A stretch of 61,112 nt of DNA, taken from contig CAYQPN010000002.1 of the NCBI GenBank assembly GCA_964419675.1, positions 133,073 through 194,184 of the forward strand. Reading direction: 5' to 3'. This document shows, in pieces, positions 46,051 through 55,253 of the stretch (its first letter is position 1; each line of letters begins with the position of its first letter). The stretch comes from an uncultured Candidatus Saccharibacteria bacterium. GTDB lineage: Bacteria > Patescibacteriota > Saccharimonadia > Saccharimonadales > SZUA-47. The translations under genes and the position numbers were made by a program. The notes below the pieces were generated by a model that made no database searches, was not told the DNA's origin, and saw only the letters and a list, made by a program, of their open reading frames with translations.

Positions 46051-46550
46051 ATAAATACGATGTGCTAAAGAGAGCTAAAAGTGAGTTAATCTTTTCTAAA
46101 GATTATGTTTTGTCTGATGTGGACGAATATAAGCCGTGGGGCGCCTATTATCGTCTTGCTGATTTTTGTGTAGATCAGTTTGTCAAAGAGTATTTTCCGG
46201 GTCGAACGGTTGAAGAGCTTGGTCATGGCGGAAGTTTAAGTCCGAAATTTCTTATTTTTGAACCAGGTAAGAAATTAAGCCTGCAGTATCACGAGAGGCG
46301 TGCAGAGATTTGGCGAGTTATTGAAGGTAGCTTATTGGCTGCTATATCCGACACAGATAAGGAAGGTGAGTGGAAAACGTATGAGGCGGGTGAAGAGCTG
46401 TCGTACGGTGCGTTGGCGCGACATAGAGCCGGTGCGCCAGAGGGTGGTGACTGGGTAATAGTTGCTGAAATATGGCAGCATACGGATTTAAATAATCCTA
46501 CGGACGAAGCAGATATTGTCCGCCTGGCAGATGACTTTGGCCGAGCTTAA
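46047..46550 (+). CDS. Stand-alone cupin resembling the type II phosphomannose isomerase domain of ManC
   Basis: LSLQYHERRAEIWRVIEG ... HRAG. It shares a 4-nt overlap (ATGA) with the upstream gene. Confidence 0.65.
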   Translation: MNKYDVLKRAKSELIFSKDYVLSDVDEYKPWGAYYRLADFCVDQFVKEYFPGRTVEELGHGGSLSPKFLIFEPGKKLSLQYHERRAEIWRVIEGSLLAAISDTDKEGEWKTYEAGEELSYGALARHRAGAPEGGDWVIVAEIWQHTDLNNPTDEADIVRLADDFGRA

Positions 46551-46553
46551 ACT

Positions 46554-48374
46554 TTACTCAACGGTGACGGATTTGGCTAGGTTGCGGGGTTTGTCTATGT
46601 CACGACCAAGTTTTCTAGAAGCGTAGTAGGCAAACAGGAACATTGGGATTACGCCAATGATTGGTTGAAGCTGTTCTGAAACTTTAGGGATAACAATTAC
46701 GTCGTCTGCCAGTTTGGCTGAGGCTGAATTTTTATCGTCAACGACGGCCACTATTTTGCCGGTGCGAGTATGAATTTCTTGCAAGTTTGAATACAATTTC
46801 TCATGCATGCCATTGCTGAGCGCAACGGCAAAGGTAGGAAAATCTTTGTCGATTAATGCTAGTGGCCCATGCTTCATTTCACCGCCAGCAAAACCTTCAG
46901 CGTGAATGTAGCTTAACTCTTTGAGCTTAAGTGCGCCTTCAAGAGCCAGTGGGTAGGCATAACGACGGCCAATGTAGAGAAAATCGGTATATTTACTATA
47001 TTTTTCGGCCAGTTTTTTAATGTGTGATTCTTGGGCAAATACTTCTTCCATTTTTTGCGGTAGTTCGGAGAGCTCGCTCAACAATTTGTCGTAGTTTTTG
47101 TAATTTTTAGACAAGTGCAAAGAAATAAGTAAGAAAATTGTTACTTGGGCAACAAATGCCTTGGTGCTGGCCACAGCCTTTTCTGGGCCGGCGTGACAAT
47201 ACACTCCCGCATCAGTCATACGGGCAAGCGTTGAGCCAGAAGCATTAACTATGCCGAGCTTTAATATTCCCGTGCCGTCTAGTTTTTTCAAGGCTGCAAT
47301 TGTATCAGCGGTCTCACCAGACTGCGATACAACTAATACAGCCGTGCTCCGAGACAGGGGTTCTACGCGGTAGCGAAATTCGCTAGCTTGTTGAACTTCA
47401 ACCGGGATTCCGGCAATTTCTTCAAGCAAATATTCACCAACAAGGCCGGCGTAGTAGGACGTACCGCACGCTAAAATAATAATTCGATCAATGTAATCAA
47501 GCTGACTTTTCACCAAGTCTAGTCCACCAAGCCTGATAATTCCTTCCTCAACTTTCAAGCGTCCCAGCATTGCAGAGCGAACAGTTTTGGCCACTTCATG
47601 AATTTCTTTGAGTGTAAAATCTGGATAGTCGCCTTTGTCTGCGGTTTCCTGTTCAATTTTTATAAGTTCTGCTGGGCGTTCAATTGATTCGTCTGTCGCT
47701 ACATTAAAAAGCTGGTAGCCTTTTTGGGTAATCACAGCCCCTTCATTATCTTCTAGATAAACTATCTTTTGAGTGTGGGGCATTATAGGCACGGCATCAG
47801 ACGCTATGTACATTTCATCTTTTCCAACACCTATTGCTAGAGGGCTAGAAAGTTTTGCGGCGTACATGTGAGATGAATCATGAGAGCTAATCATCACCAC
47901 TGCATATGCACCGCGTAGAGTTTTTAGAGCTGTTTTAAAGGCTTTTTCAACGTTATTTGTATCTTTGTAGAGAAAGGCTATAAGGTTTGGGATTACCTCT
48001 GTGTCAGTATCAGAATGAAACACAACGCCCTTTTTTATCAAAAAATCCTTAATTTCTTGGTAGTTTTCAATAATTCCGTTATGGATTACATAAAAGTTTT
48101 TGTCTTGGTCCCAGTGGGGGTGGGCGTTTTTTTCCAGCACTCCTCCGTGCGTTGCCCAGCGCGTATGACCGATGCCGAGCGAACCTCTCGCTTCGGTATT
48201 GGACACACTAGATCTTAACTGTTCGACACGGCCGGCGACTTTTATACAGGTCATTTCACCATTTAAGCAGGCAATTCCGGCTGAGTCATAGCCACGGTAT
48301 TCTAAGGCTTCCAGCCCACCTAACAGATAGTCTTTTGCCTGTTTATTGCCGATGTAGCCTACGATTCCGCACAT
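46554..48374 (-). CDS. glmS: Glutamine--fructose-6-phosphate aminotransferase
   Basis: MCGIVGYIG N-terminal nucleophile, two SIS domains and the C-terminal AKSVTVE. Confidence 0.95.
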   Translation of the reverse strand: MCGIVGYIGNKQAKDYLLGGLEALEYRGYDSAGIACLNGEMTCIKVAGRVEQLRSSVSNTEARGSLGIGHTRWATHGGVLEKNAHPHWDQDKNFYVIHNGIIENYQEIKDFLIKKGVVFHSDTDTEVIPNLIAFLYKDTNNVEKAFKTALKTLRGAYAVVMISSHDSSHMYAAKLSSPLAIGVGKDEMYIASDAVPIMPHTQKIVYLEDNEGAVITQKGYQLFNVATDESIERPAELIKIEQETADKGDYPDFTLKEIHEVAKTVRSAMLGRLKVEEGIIRLGGLDLVKSQLDYIDRIIILACGTSYYAGLVGEYLLEEIAGIPVEVQQASEFRYRVEPLSRSTAVLVVSQSGETADTIAALKKLDGTGILKLGIVNASGSTLARMTDAGVYCHAGPEKAVASTKAFVAQVTIFLLISLHLSKNYKNYDKLLSELSELPQKMEEVFAQESHIKKLAEKYSKYTDFLYIGRRYAYPLALEGALKLKELSYIHAEGFAGGEMKHGPLALIDKDFPTFAVALSNGMHEKLYSNLQEIHTRTGKIVAVVDDKNSASAKLADDVIVIPKVSEQLQPIIGVIPMFLFAYYASRKLGRDIDKPRNLAKSVTVE

Positions 48375-48527
48375 ATAACAATGGTTCCTTTATATTTATG
48401 GTGTATGGGGAGTATCATCCGTTTATATAAATTCGTATAGGTTAAAATCGCAACAAAAATATATGTTAACAGGTAACGAGCAAATATATAATTGGATAAA
48501 AACAATACATTTTATGAAATAGTAGAG

Positions 48528-49634
48528 TTAGACTTTGGCGTTATTCACAACGATTTGGTCGATGTTTTTGCGGAATTCTTCGTTTGAAAACTTTTTTGCC
48601 TGGTCGATTATTGTGCGGGTATTGTAAAGTTTGTAGTTAAAAGCCTTTAGTTTGTTGCTCAAACACTTTGTGGACTGTTCTTCAAAAAACTCACCAGTGA
48701 CACCCTCAACTACTGTATCGAGTGCTCCGCCAGCTTTGTAAGCTATGACTGGCGTGCCAGAAGCTTGAGCTTCAACTGCGACAATCCCAAAATCTTCTTC
48801 GTTTGGAAATATGAATGCTTCTGCCGTAGATATATATTTCACCATATCATCATCAGATACGTTCGTTTTGAAAGTAATTGTTGGCCCTGCCATAGACTTA
48901 AGGCGGGTATGTTCTGGCCCGTTGCCAATTACTGTTAGCGGTGCCTGGATTTCATTACAGGCAGAGATTGCAAGGTCAAAGCGTTTATGCTGAACTTGAC
49001 GCCCAAAAGTTACAAAACCCTTACGTGAATCAACAAATTTAGCTGTGAAGCGTTCTGTATCGGCCGGCGGGTACAATATCTCGCTGTTGCGGTTATAATA
49101 TTTTTTGATTCTGGTTTGCACAGCTGTTGAAATGGCATAAATTTTGTCTGGGCGTTTTGATGCTTTTAAGTCCCATTTTTTGGCGTAGGGGAGTAATAGT
49201 TTTAGGCCAAGGCGCCAAATAGGATTAAGCCCTCCGCTACCTTCGTTGTTAAGATATTCTTCGGGTTTTACCCAATAGTAAAGTGTAGGGGTATAACAGA
49301 TGTTGATGTGCACTCCGTCAGGGGCTCTAACTGCTTTAGCTTCTGCACCGGAGCCTGAGATTACTACGTCGTAGTTCTTTAGTTTCAAGTGGCCGAAATA
49401 CCACTGACGAGGCAGTGTTAGCAATTGATGTTTACGTAAAAATTTTGGTAATTTTTGAAACCACGCAGTCCGAACATCTGCGTCTTTAAACAACGGCATT
49501 TTTTCAGGTTCGTAAGTTGAGGTGAATATTGGTGCTTTGGGGTACATTTTGTGAAGCTCTAAAATTACCCTCTCTGCACCCGCCATATTGGTTAGCCAGT
49601 CGCAAACTATCGCAATTTTTAGTTCCTTAGCCAT
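48528..49634 (-). CDS. Glycosyltransferase family 4
   Basis: IFPNEEDFGIVAVEAQASGTPVIAYKAGG. It lies 1 nt from the upstream WbaP-like gene. Confidence 0.85.
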   Translation of the reverse strand: MAKELKIAIVCDWLTNMAGAERVILELHKMYPKAPIFTSTYEPEKMPLFKDADVRTAWFQKLPKFLRKHQLLTLPRQWYFGHLKLKNYDVVISGSGAEAKAVRAPDGVHINICYTPTLYYWVKPEEYLNNEGSGGLNPIWRLGLKLLLPYAKKWDLKASKRPDKIYAISTAVQTRIKKYYNRNSEILYPPADTERFTAKFVDSRKGFVTFGRQVQHKRFDLAISACNEIQAPLTVIGNGPEHTRLKSMAGPTITFKTNVSDDDMVKYISTAEAFIFPNEEDFGIVAVEAQASGTPVIAYKAGGALDTVVEGVTGEFFEEQSTKCLSNKLKAFNYKLYNTRTIIDQAKKFSNEEFRKNIDQIVVNNAKV

Positions 49635-49635
49635 G

Positions 49636-51084
49636 CTAGTCTACTTTCTTTGAAAAAGCTCTTCTGACTACTTGGACGACGGTTTTCATAAGTATCACAA
49701 TGTCCATCCAAAAGCTCCAATGTTGGGCGTAGTACATATCTAATTTACGGCGTTCTTCAAACGGAATGTCTCTTCGTCCTGATACTGCGGCTAGACCAGT
49801 TACTCCTGGCTTAACACTTAAAATTACGTTTTTCTTATGAAATAAATCTATTTCTTGAGGGATAAGTGGGCGTGGGCCTACAAGGCTCAAATCACCGCGT
49901 ACGACGTTAAAAAGCTGAGGCAGCTCATCGATGCTAGTTTTTCTTAAAATACGTCCTATCTTGCTAATTCGAGGATCGTCAATTAGAAAGTCGCCGTTTT
50001 CACGGTATTTTTTTATTAGCTCTGGCCGCCCCATTTTTGTAAAGACCTGCTCCGGTGTAAGCCCACCACTATACTCGGTTTTGTGCGTGCGAAATTTATA
50101 TAAGCCAATTTCTGTGTTATATCGGGACATTCTGGTTTGACGGTAGACAGCTTTGCTTCCTCCGAATATTGTTAGGACCAGCCATGTGATTAGCAGGATA
50201 GGTGATACTAGTAAAATCAGTAACGAGCCAGCTGCTAGATCAAACAGTCTTTTAGCAACTCGACCCCAACCCGTAAGCGCGGTTTGATGGACAGCAACCG
50301 TTGGGATGCCTTCGAATAGATTAACCTCGATACTACCCACAAACAACCGGTTGTTTCCTGGGACAAAACGGTAGGCAATGTGATGTTCCTGAGCGTAGGC
50401 AAGAATTTCATCATTACGGTCTTGGTCTGCAAATAGTTCTGTTTGAACGATGGTGTGAATATCTGTATTTTTGAGGTGTTTCGAAGCTTCTTCAAAGTCT
50501 TTAAACTGGATATCTTTATCAACGCCTGAGAAATTTGTTCTTTTGTCGCCAACTATCCCAACTACTCTAAACCCTAGCATGGGGTTAGATAGTTTTTCAG
50601 CTAACTCCCCGGTAATCCTGGTTGTACCAATAATAAGTACGTTAGAGATGCCAATGTCGTAGCTGAACAAGATTCTTCTAACTGCTCTTGCAATTGTTCT
50701 AAAGAGTAGCGTAAGCAAAAAAGCAAAAGAGAAACCGTACGCTGTGACTAAGCGAGCCGGAAAAACAGCGCGGTTTAGAACATATTCGCTACCTATTAAG
50801 AACAAGATACCTATAAAGGACCCCATTAAAAGCATGCTGGCTTCTTTAAACCTATTTTCATAGACTTGGGCGCGGTATAAGCCAAGCAGTGCGTAAATTA
50901 TTAGCCAAAAAACCAGTAAAACAGCAACAACGCCAATGTACCCCCATGCGGATATTGGTTCGAGCAGGGGTCGGTCGTCAAGTTTCACGCGAATTACGTA
51001 AGCTAAGACAAATGCTAAAACAACTGCAACAAAGTCTGTGACTAGAAGGATAAAGCTGTAAAGTAGCGATGCGCTGTGTTTCAT
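49636..51084 (-). CDS. Polyprenyl-phosphate glycosyl-1-phosphate transferase (WbaP/large PGT family); initiating enzyme
   Basis: Four or five N-terminal TM helices, a central Rossmann-like region, and the C-terminal catalytic motif IDELPQLFNVVRGDLSLVGPRP. Confidence 0.88.
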   Translation of the reverse strand: MKHSASLLYSFILLVTDFVAVVLAFVLAYVIRVKLDDRPLLEPISAWGYIGVVAVLLVFWLIIYALLGLYRAQVYENRFKEASMLLMGSFIGILFLIGSEYVLNRAVFPARLVTAYGFSFAFLLTLLFRTIARAVRRILFSYDIGISNVLIIGTTRITGELAEKLSNPMLGFRVVGIVGDKRTNFSGVDKDIQFKDFEEASKHLKNTDIHTIVQTELFADQDRNDEILAYAQEHHIAYRFVPGNNRLFVGSIEVNLFEGIPTVAVHQTALTGWGRVAKRLFDLAAGSLLILLVSPILLITWLVLTIFGGSKAVYRQTRMSRYNTEIGLYKFRTHKTEYSGGLTPEQVFTKMGRPELIKKYRENGDFLIDDPRISKIGRILRKTSIDELPQLFNVVRGDLSLVGPRPLIPQEIDLFHKKNVILSVKPGVTGLAAVSGRRDIPFEERRKLDMYYAQHWSFWMDIVILMKTVVQVVRRAFSKKVD

Positions 51085-51149
51085 TACTTCTTATTCTACA
51101 CCAATAAAAATCTTAATAACTGTTGAAAACACCAAATATAATTCAATAA

Positions 51150-51185
51150 TACACATATTATACGCTATAGCGTATAATATGTGTA
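51150..51185. repeat. 36-bp perfect palindrome, copy 2 of 3, centred in a divergent promoter region
   Basis: Identical 36-mer. It sits 65 nt from the WbaP-like start codon on the minus side and 67 nt from the gtrA start codon on the plus side. Confidence 0.95.
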
Positions 51186-51252
51186 GGTATAGCAACGGAA
51201 GTTGTTAATTGTAGTTTTATGGCACATGTCGTAAGATAAAAGCATAAACAAA

Positions 51253-51738
51253 ATGCGTACAAACAAAAAAACAAGAAAGTTTATCGTCCAGTTCACTGAA
51301 TATATGATATCTGGTGGTGCTTGGTTTTGGGTTGGCTATGGGGCCTTTGCGGTATTAGACAAGGTGTTTCACGTTCCATTTTGGCCAACCAAAATCTCGA
51401 GCTATATTATTGGTGCTAGTGTTAACTTTTTACTACAACGCTATTGGGTTTTCAAACAGAAAAAATCTGGCCATAAAGAACTTGGCGATTCGGCAAAGAG
51501 ATACTACAGTTTAATGTTTGTTAATTTTATTTTAGATCAAGCGATTGTTGGTGGTTTGCGTGAAGTAGGAGTTTCGCCGTATATAGGGCAATTTATTTCT
51601 AGTGGGTTTTTCACCGTTTGGAACTGGCTCTGGTATAGTTTGTGGGTTTTCAAAAAACAGAAAAAATCACTATCCTACAAAAAACAACACGCGCCATTGC
51701 TTCATAGACATAAGAAAGTGAGGATTAATAGAAAATGA
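51253..51738 (+). CDS. gtrA: GtrA-family small membrane protein (polyprenyl-P-sugar translocation associated)
   Basis: Four hydrophobic helices. FTEYMISGGAWFWVGYGAF ... NFLLQRYWVFK is typical of GtrA. Confidence 0.75.
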   Translation: MRTNKKTRKFIVQFTEYMISGGAWFWVGYGAFAVLDKVFHVPFWPTKISSYIIGASVNFLLQRYWVFKQKKSGHKELGDSAKRYYSLMFVNFILDQAIVGGLREVGVSPYIGQFISSGFFTVWNWLWYSLWVFKKQKKSLSYKKQHAPLLHRHKKVRINRK

Positions 51739-52148
51739 GTACTAGACCAACTAAAAAACAGTTTGAACTACTAGAATATCTTAGAGGTTTTATTGCTGAA
51801 CATGGGTATAGCCCAAGCTACAGGGAAGTAATGCGTGGGTGTAATTACACATCGGTTGCTACAGTTGCGCTGCACATAAATAACCTGATAAAACGTGGGC
51901 ACGTTATAAAGCGAGATAAATCTGCCCGTTCATTGGAAGTTGTTAGCGGAGTAGATGAAAAATCTAATGCAACCAGTAATCACAAACATGAGCTGATAAA
52001 AGAAATCGAGGCAAGATTTAAAACTTTAGAGAAAGAAGTAGAAGAAGATATTTTAAACGAAGTATATGTCTTGGTTGGGTCTCTAAAAATCCTTGGCCAC
52101 GTAGACGCCGCCCGCGCCTACGCCGCTAGAATTAACCAGCTAAACTAG
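51735..52148 (+). CDS. LexA-N-terminal-domain (winged HTH) DNA-binding protein lacking the S24 peptidase domain
   Basis: TKKQFELLEYLRGFIAEHGYSPSYREVMRGCNYTSVATVALHINNLIKRGHVIKRDKSARSLEV parallels the LexA DNA-binding domain. The C-terminal 60 aa are helical/coiled-coil with no Ser/Lys dyad or Ala-Gly site. ATGA overlap with gtrA. Confidence 0.7.
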   Translation: MSTRPTKKQFELLEYLRGFIAEHGYSPSYREVMRGCNYTSVATVALHINNLIKRGHVIKRDKSARSLEVVSGVDEKSNATSNHKHELIKEIEARFKTLEKEVEEDILNEVYVLVGSLKILGHVDAARAYAARINQLN

Positions 52149-52943
52149 AGGGCCGTTTTCTCTATCTGCAAAGTCGCCGAGCATGCTGTGGAGTTGACCC
52201 TCGGGCGGCTGATGACCCCCTGCAATATAAGCTTTGTGCTCGTCAGTTATATAAACTAAGCCCGCCTCCATAGGTAATGAGTATATTGTTTCAATCTTAA
52301 ATCCATCTTCTTCAGCTCTGTTGAAAACATTAATAACTCCTTGAGGAGCAACAAACCCAGCCAGGCACCTAACAGAGGTTGCGCCCAGGTCAACGGCGTG
52401 AGTATTTAAATCATGCAAAGACCCACCTGTAGCTAACATAAAATCAACAGAAAGACACTCTAATCCGTCAAATCTTCCCATCTTCGACACTTCATTAGAA
52501 GCTACTAGTGATGTAGCATGCCGGCTCTGGGTGTCAAACCCCCTCTGAATACCAGGAACAGCTTCTCTAACAATATGACCGAACGTATCGCCTCCTCTAA
52601 TAGAAACAGCAAGTTTGTAAGCTTCACCATCCCGTTTTATTTCGTTTGGAAGGAGATCAACTACTCCCCGCATCATATATGTGCTTAGATCCTGAAAGGC
52701 GGCTCGGGGTATATCGCGTTTAATCTCTTCCATCATCCAGCGGATTTTAGCGGTGTTTGCTATAACCAAACGCCCGGTTTGAAATAGCTCAAAGCATTTT
52801 TCGTCAACTTGTGCAATAGATTCATATCCTCTTGGCAACTGCATAGCAAGTCCGTCTCTTTGGTCTCTGTCCCTCGCCTCTAATACTGCGGCGTAGGGCG
52901 TTGAAAACATCGGATCATATTCGTGCGCCATTGTTGTTGGCAT
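52140..52943 (-). CDS. Divergent phosphoribosyltransferase, uracil-PRT-like, with an N-terminal extension
   Basis: VDFMLATGGSLHD resembles the UPRT PRPP-binding signature DPMLATGGS. Strong SD AGGAGG upstream. 267 aa, longer than the canonical protein. Confidence 0.55.
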   Translation of the reverse strand: MPTTMAHEYDPMFSTPYAAVLEARDRDQRDGLAMQLPRGYESIAQVDEKCFELFQTGRLVIANTAKIRWMMEEIKRDIPRAAFQDLSTYMMRGVVDLLPNEIKRDGEAYKLAVSIRGGDTFGHIVREAVPGIQRGFDTQSRHATSLVASNEVSKMGRFDGLECLSVDFMLATGGSLHDLNTHAVDLGATSVRCLAGFVAPQGVINVFNRAEEDGFKIETIYSLPMEAGLVYITDEHKAYIAGGHQPPEGQLHSMLGDFADRENGPLV

Positions 52944-53060
52944 ATAGTAAACCTCCTATTTTCATATGATTGTATAGAAACTTAACGAACTAAGAAAGTA
53001 TAAGCGGTAAGAAAGTCTACATGTTAAGCGTTTTATATTTTTCAGTATAGAATAATAGTT

Positions 53061-53789
53061 ATGATTAAGCCTGTATCGGGTAAGCAACTAAGAATCAGGA
53101 GATCTTCGTTTGTTGTACTGATACTTTTGTTGTTTACACTGATTGGTTTAGACCCAGCAATATTTAATGACACAACTACCAATGTAGAACCACAAAGCGG
53201 TGTATTATCAGAAAATGTTGAGGGAACTGAGCTTGCCTCGGTTGTTTTGGAACAATTACAAGTTAAAGGGCGGGCGCCAAAAACAGGATATACCAGAGCG
53301 CAATTTAGTGATGGTTGGGCAGACATTGGCGGGTGTGATGTGCGCAATTTAATACTTAGACAACAAATGAGCGAGGTAGAGTTGGGGAGTGACGGTTGTG
53401 TGGTGTTAAACGGTGTGCTAAATGACCCCTACACTGGCAACACGATTAATTTTAAGCGCGGTGAATCAACTAGCGCCGACGTGCAGATTGACCACGTTGT
53501 TGCGTTGAGCGATGCTTGGCAAAAAGGCGCTCAAAACATTGATGAGCAATCACGATTTTCTTTTGCGAATGATTCACTAAATTTACTGGCTGTTGACGGC
53601 CCTTCTAATCAGAAAAAAGGTGATTCAGATGCTGCTTCATGGCTACCGCCAAATAAATCTTTCAGATGCAGATATGTTGCCCGTCAAATTGCTGTAAAAA
53701 GAAAATACAGTTTGTGGGTGAGCGAAGCAGAGTATTCGGCAATGAAGAGGGTGTTAAACGGGTGTGAGAGTCAGGTATTACCGGTTTAA
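53061..53789 (+). CDS. Membrane-anchored extracytoplasmic DUF1524/HNH-type nuclease
   Basis: TM helix SSFVVLILLLFTLIGL. Motifs are VQIDHVVALSDAWQKGA and LLAVDGPSNQKKGDSDAASWLPPN. Confidence 0.7.
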   Translation: MIKPVSGKQLRIRRSSFVVLILLLFTLIGLDPAIFNDTTTNVEPQSGVLSENVEGTELASVVLEQLQVKGRAPKTGYTRAQFSDGWADIGGCDVRNLILRQQMSEVELGSDGCVVLNGVLNDPYTGNTINFKRGESTSADVQIDHVVALSDAWQKGAQNIDEQSRFSFANDSLNLLAVDGPSNQKKGDSDAASWLPPNKSFRCRYVARQIAVKRKYSLWVSEAEYSAMKRVLNGCESQVLPV

Positions 53790-55253
53790 ATGAAGCGCTA
53801 CAAAGACGAAGCTATTAAACGGTATCACTACTCATGGCTACTGGCCTGGCTTAGCGGGGGAACACTTTTAGGAACGGTAATTAGCATTTGGATAAATCCA
53901 AAAGACATTAGCCCTATTGAGGTCCTAGTTATTAGTGCGAGTTTGGGTATTGTCGGATTTAAAAATAGACGTATCTTAGGGGTCTTGTTTGTAATATCCT
54001 CTGGCCTACTATTTGGGCTCTGGCGAGGAGGGAATGAAAGGCTGAACCTATCGGGGTATAAACAATATTTTGGGGAGTCAATAAGTGTAGTTGGTAGGGT
54101 GGCAGAAGACCCAAGTTACAGCATTGACGGCGATTTACGACTCAAGTTAAAAGATGTGGATATTGAGGGTAGTAATTTTGGCGGTGAGCTTTGGGTTAGC
54201 ACTAAAGATAAAACTAGCTTGAATCGTTCGGATAAAGTTACAGTTTACGGCGAAATTAGTAAGGGTTTTGGCACAATCCCGGCTGCGCTCTATAGAGCCG
54301 AGGTTCTGAGGGTTGAACGTCAAGATTATACTGACGTAGCCCGCGACACCAGAGACTGGTTTGCTGAAGGTGTTAGAAATTCCTTAGACGAACCCGAAGC
54401 CTCGCTTGGAATTGGGTTTTTAGTTGGGCAAAAAACCACATTGCCTGAAAAGCTAAATAACGAATTAAGGTTGTTGGGGCTTACGCACATCGTTGTTGCC
54501 AGTGGCTACAATCTAACGATACTTGTGAGATTTGCTCGGCGGCTTTTTGCCAAAGTGTCTCGGTTTACAGCGCTGGCTGCATCGGGATTTATGATTTACG
54601 GATTTACTTTACTGACTGGATATTCACCATCAATGAGCCGGGCATCACTAATTGCTGGCTTAAGTTTGGTTGCTTGGTATTACGGCCGAAAAATTCACCC
54701 TATGGTGCTTTTGCCACTTTCAGCAGCTATCACGGTTGTGATAAACCCGTCATATGCGTGGGGGGATATTGGCTGGTTATTATCGTTTACGTCGTTCGTA
54801 GGCGTAATAATGTTGGGTCCGTTAATTCAAGCTTACTTTTGGGGAGATAAAAAACCAGGGGTTGTGAGACAAGTGGTTATAGAGACAATGTCTGCACAAA
54901 TGCTCACGCTACCGATTATTGCGTATGTATTTGGGCAATATTCGCCACTTTCAATCATCGCTAACGCATTAATTTTGCCGTTTATTCCAATCGCCATGTT
55001 GTTGACGTTTATTGCTGGTTTTGGTGGAATTGTAGGTGCTGGAGTAGGCACAATTCTTGGTGGTCCTGCAACAGAATTACTAGAATATATGACAACCATA
55101 ATTGGTAAATTGGCGCTCCTGCCAGCGGCTAGTTCTGAGTTGATATTTTCAATTAACACTTTGATTATTTTCTACTTAGCGATAGTAGTTGGGCTGGTAT
55201 TTTTATATCGTCGCACTGGACATGCCTTTCGCGAATACAACGTAATCGAGTAA
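53790..55253 (+). CDS. comEC: ComEC/Rec2 DNA-uptake channel, short form (OB-fold plus competence domain, no metallo-beta-lactamase domain)
   Basis: LRLLGLTHIVVASGYNLTILV competence-domain motif. N-terminal OB-like ISVVGRVAEDPSYSIDGDLRLKL ... VTVYGEIS. 487 aa. The ATG follows the nuclease stop immediately. Confidence 0.8.
   Translation: MKRYKDEAIKRYHYSWLLAWLSGGTLLGTVISIWINPKDISPIEVLVISASLGIVGFKNRRILGVLFVISSGLLFGLWRGGNERLNLSGYKQYFGESISVVGRVAEDPSYSIDGDLRLKLKDVDIEGSNFGGELWVSTKDKTSLNRSDKVTVYGEISKGFGTIPAALYRAEVLRVERQDYTDVARDTRDWFAEGVRNSLDEPEASLGIGFLVGQKTTLPEKLNNELRLLGLTHIVVASGYNLTILVRFARRLFAKVSRFTALAASGFMIYGFTLLTGYSPSMSRASLIAGLSLVAWYYGRKIHPMVLLPLSAAITVVINPSYAWGDIGWLLSFTSFVGVIMLGPLIQAYFWGDKKPGVVRQVVIETMSAQMLTLPIIAYVFGQYSPLSIIANALILPFIPIAMLLTFIAGFGGIVGAGVGTILGGPATELLEYMTTIIGKLALLPAASSELIFSINTLIIFYLAIVVGLVFLYRRTGHAFREYNVIE

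Noticed and set aside
48375-48527. Possible glmS ribozyme in the 5' leader of glmS, as found in many Gram-positive bacteria
   Set aside because: On the minus strand the 153-nt leader is very AT-rich. It lacks the GC-rich conserved core and pseudoknot segments of the glmS ribozyme. Only an AAGGAA Shine-Dalgarno is recognisable. An Rfam scan would be the decisive check.
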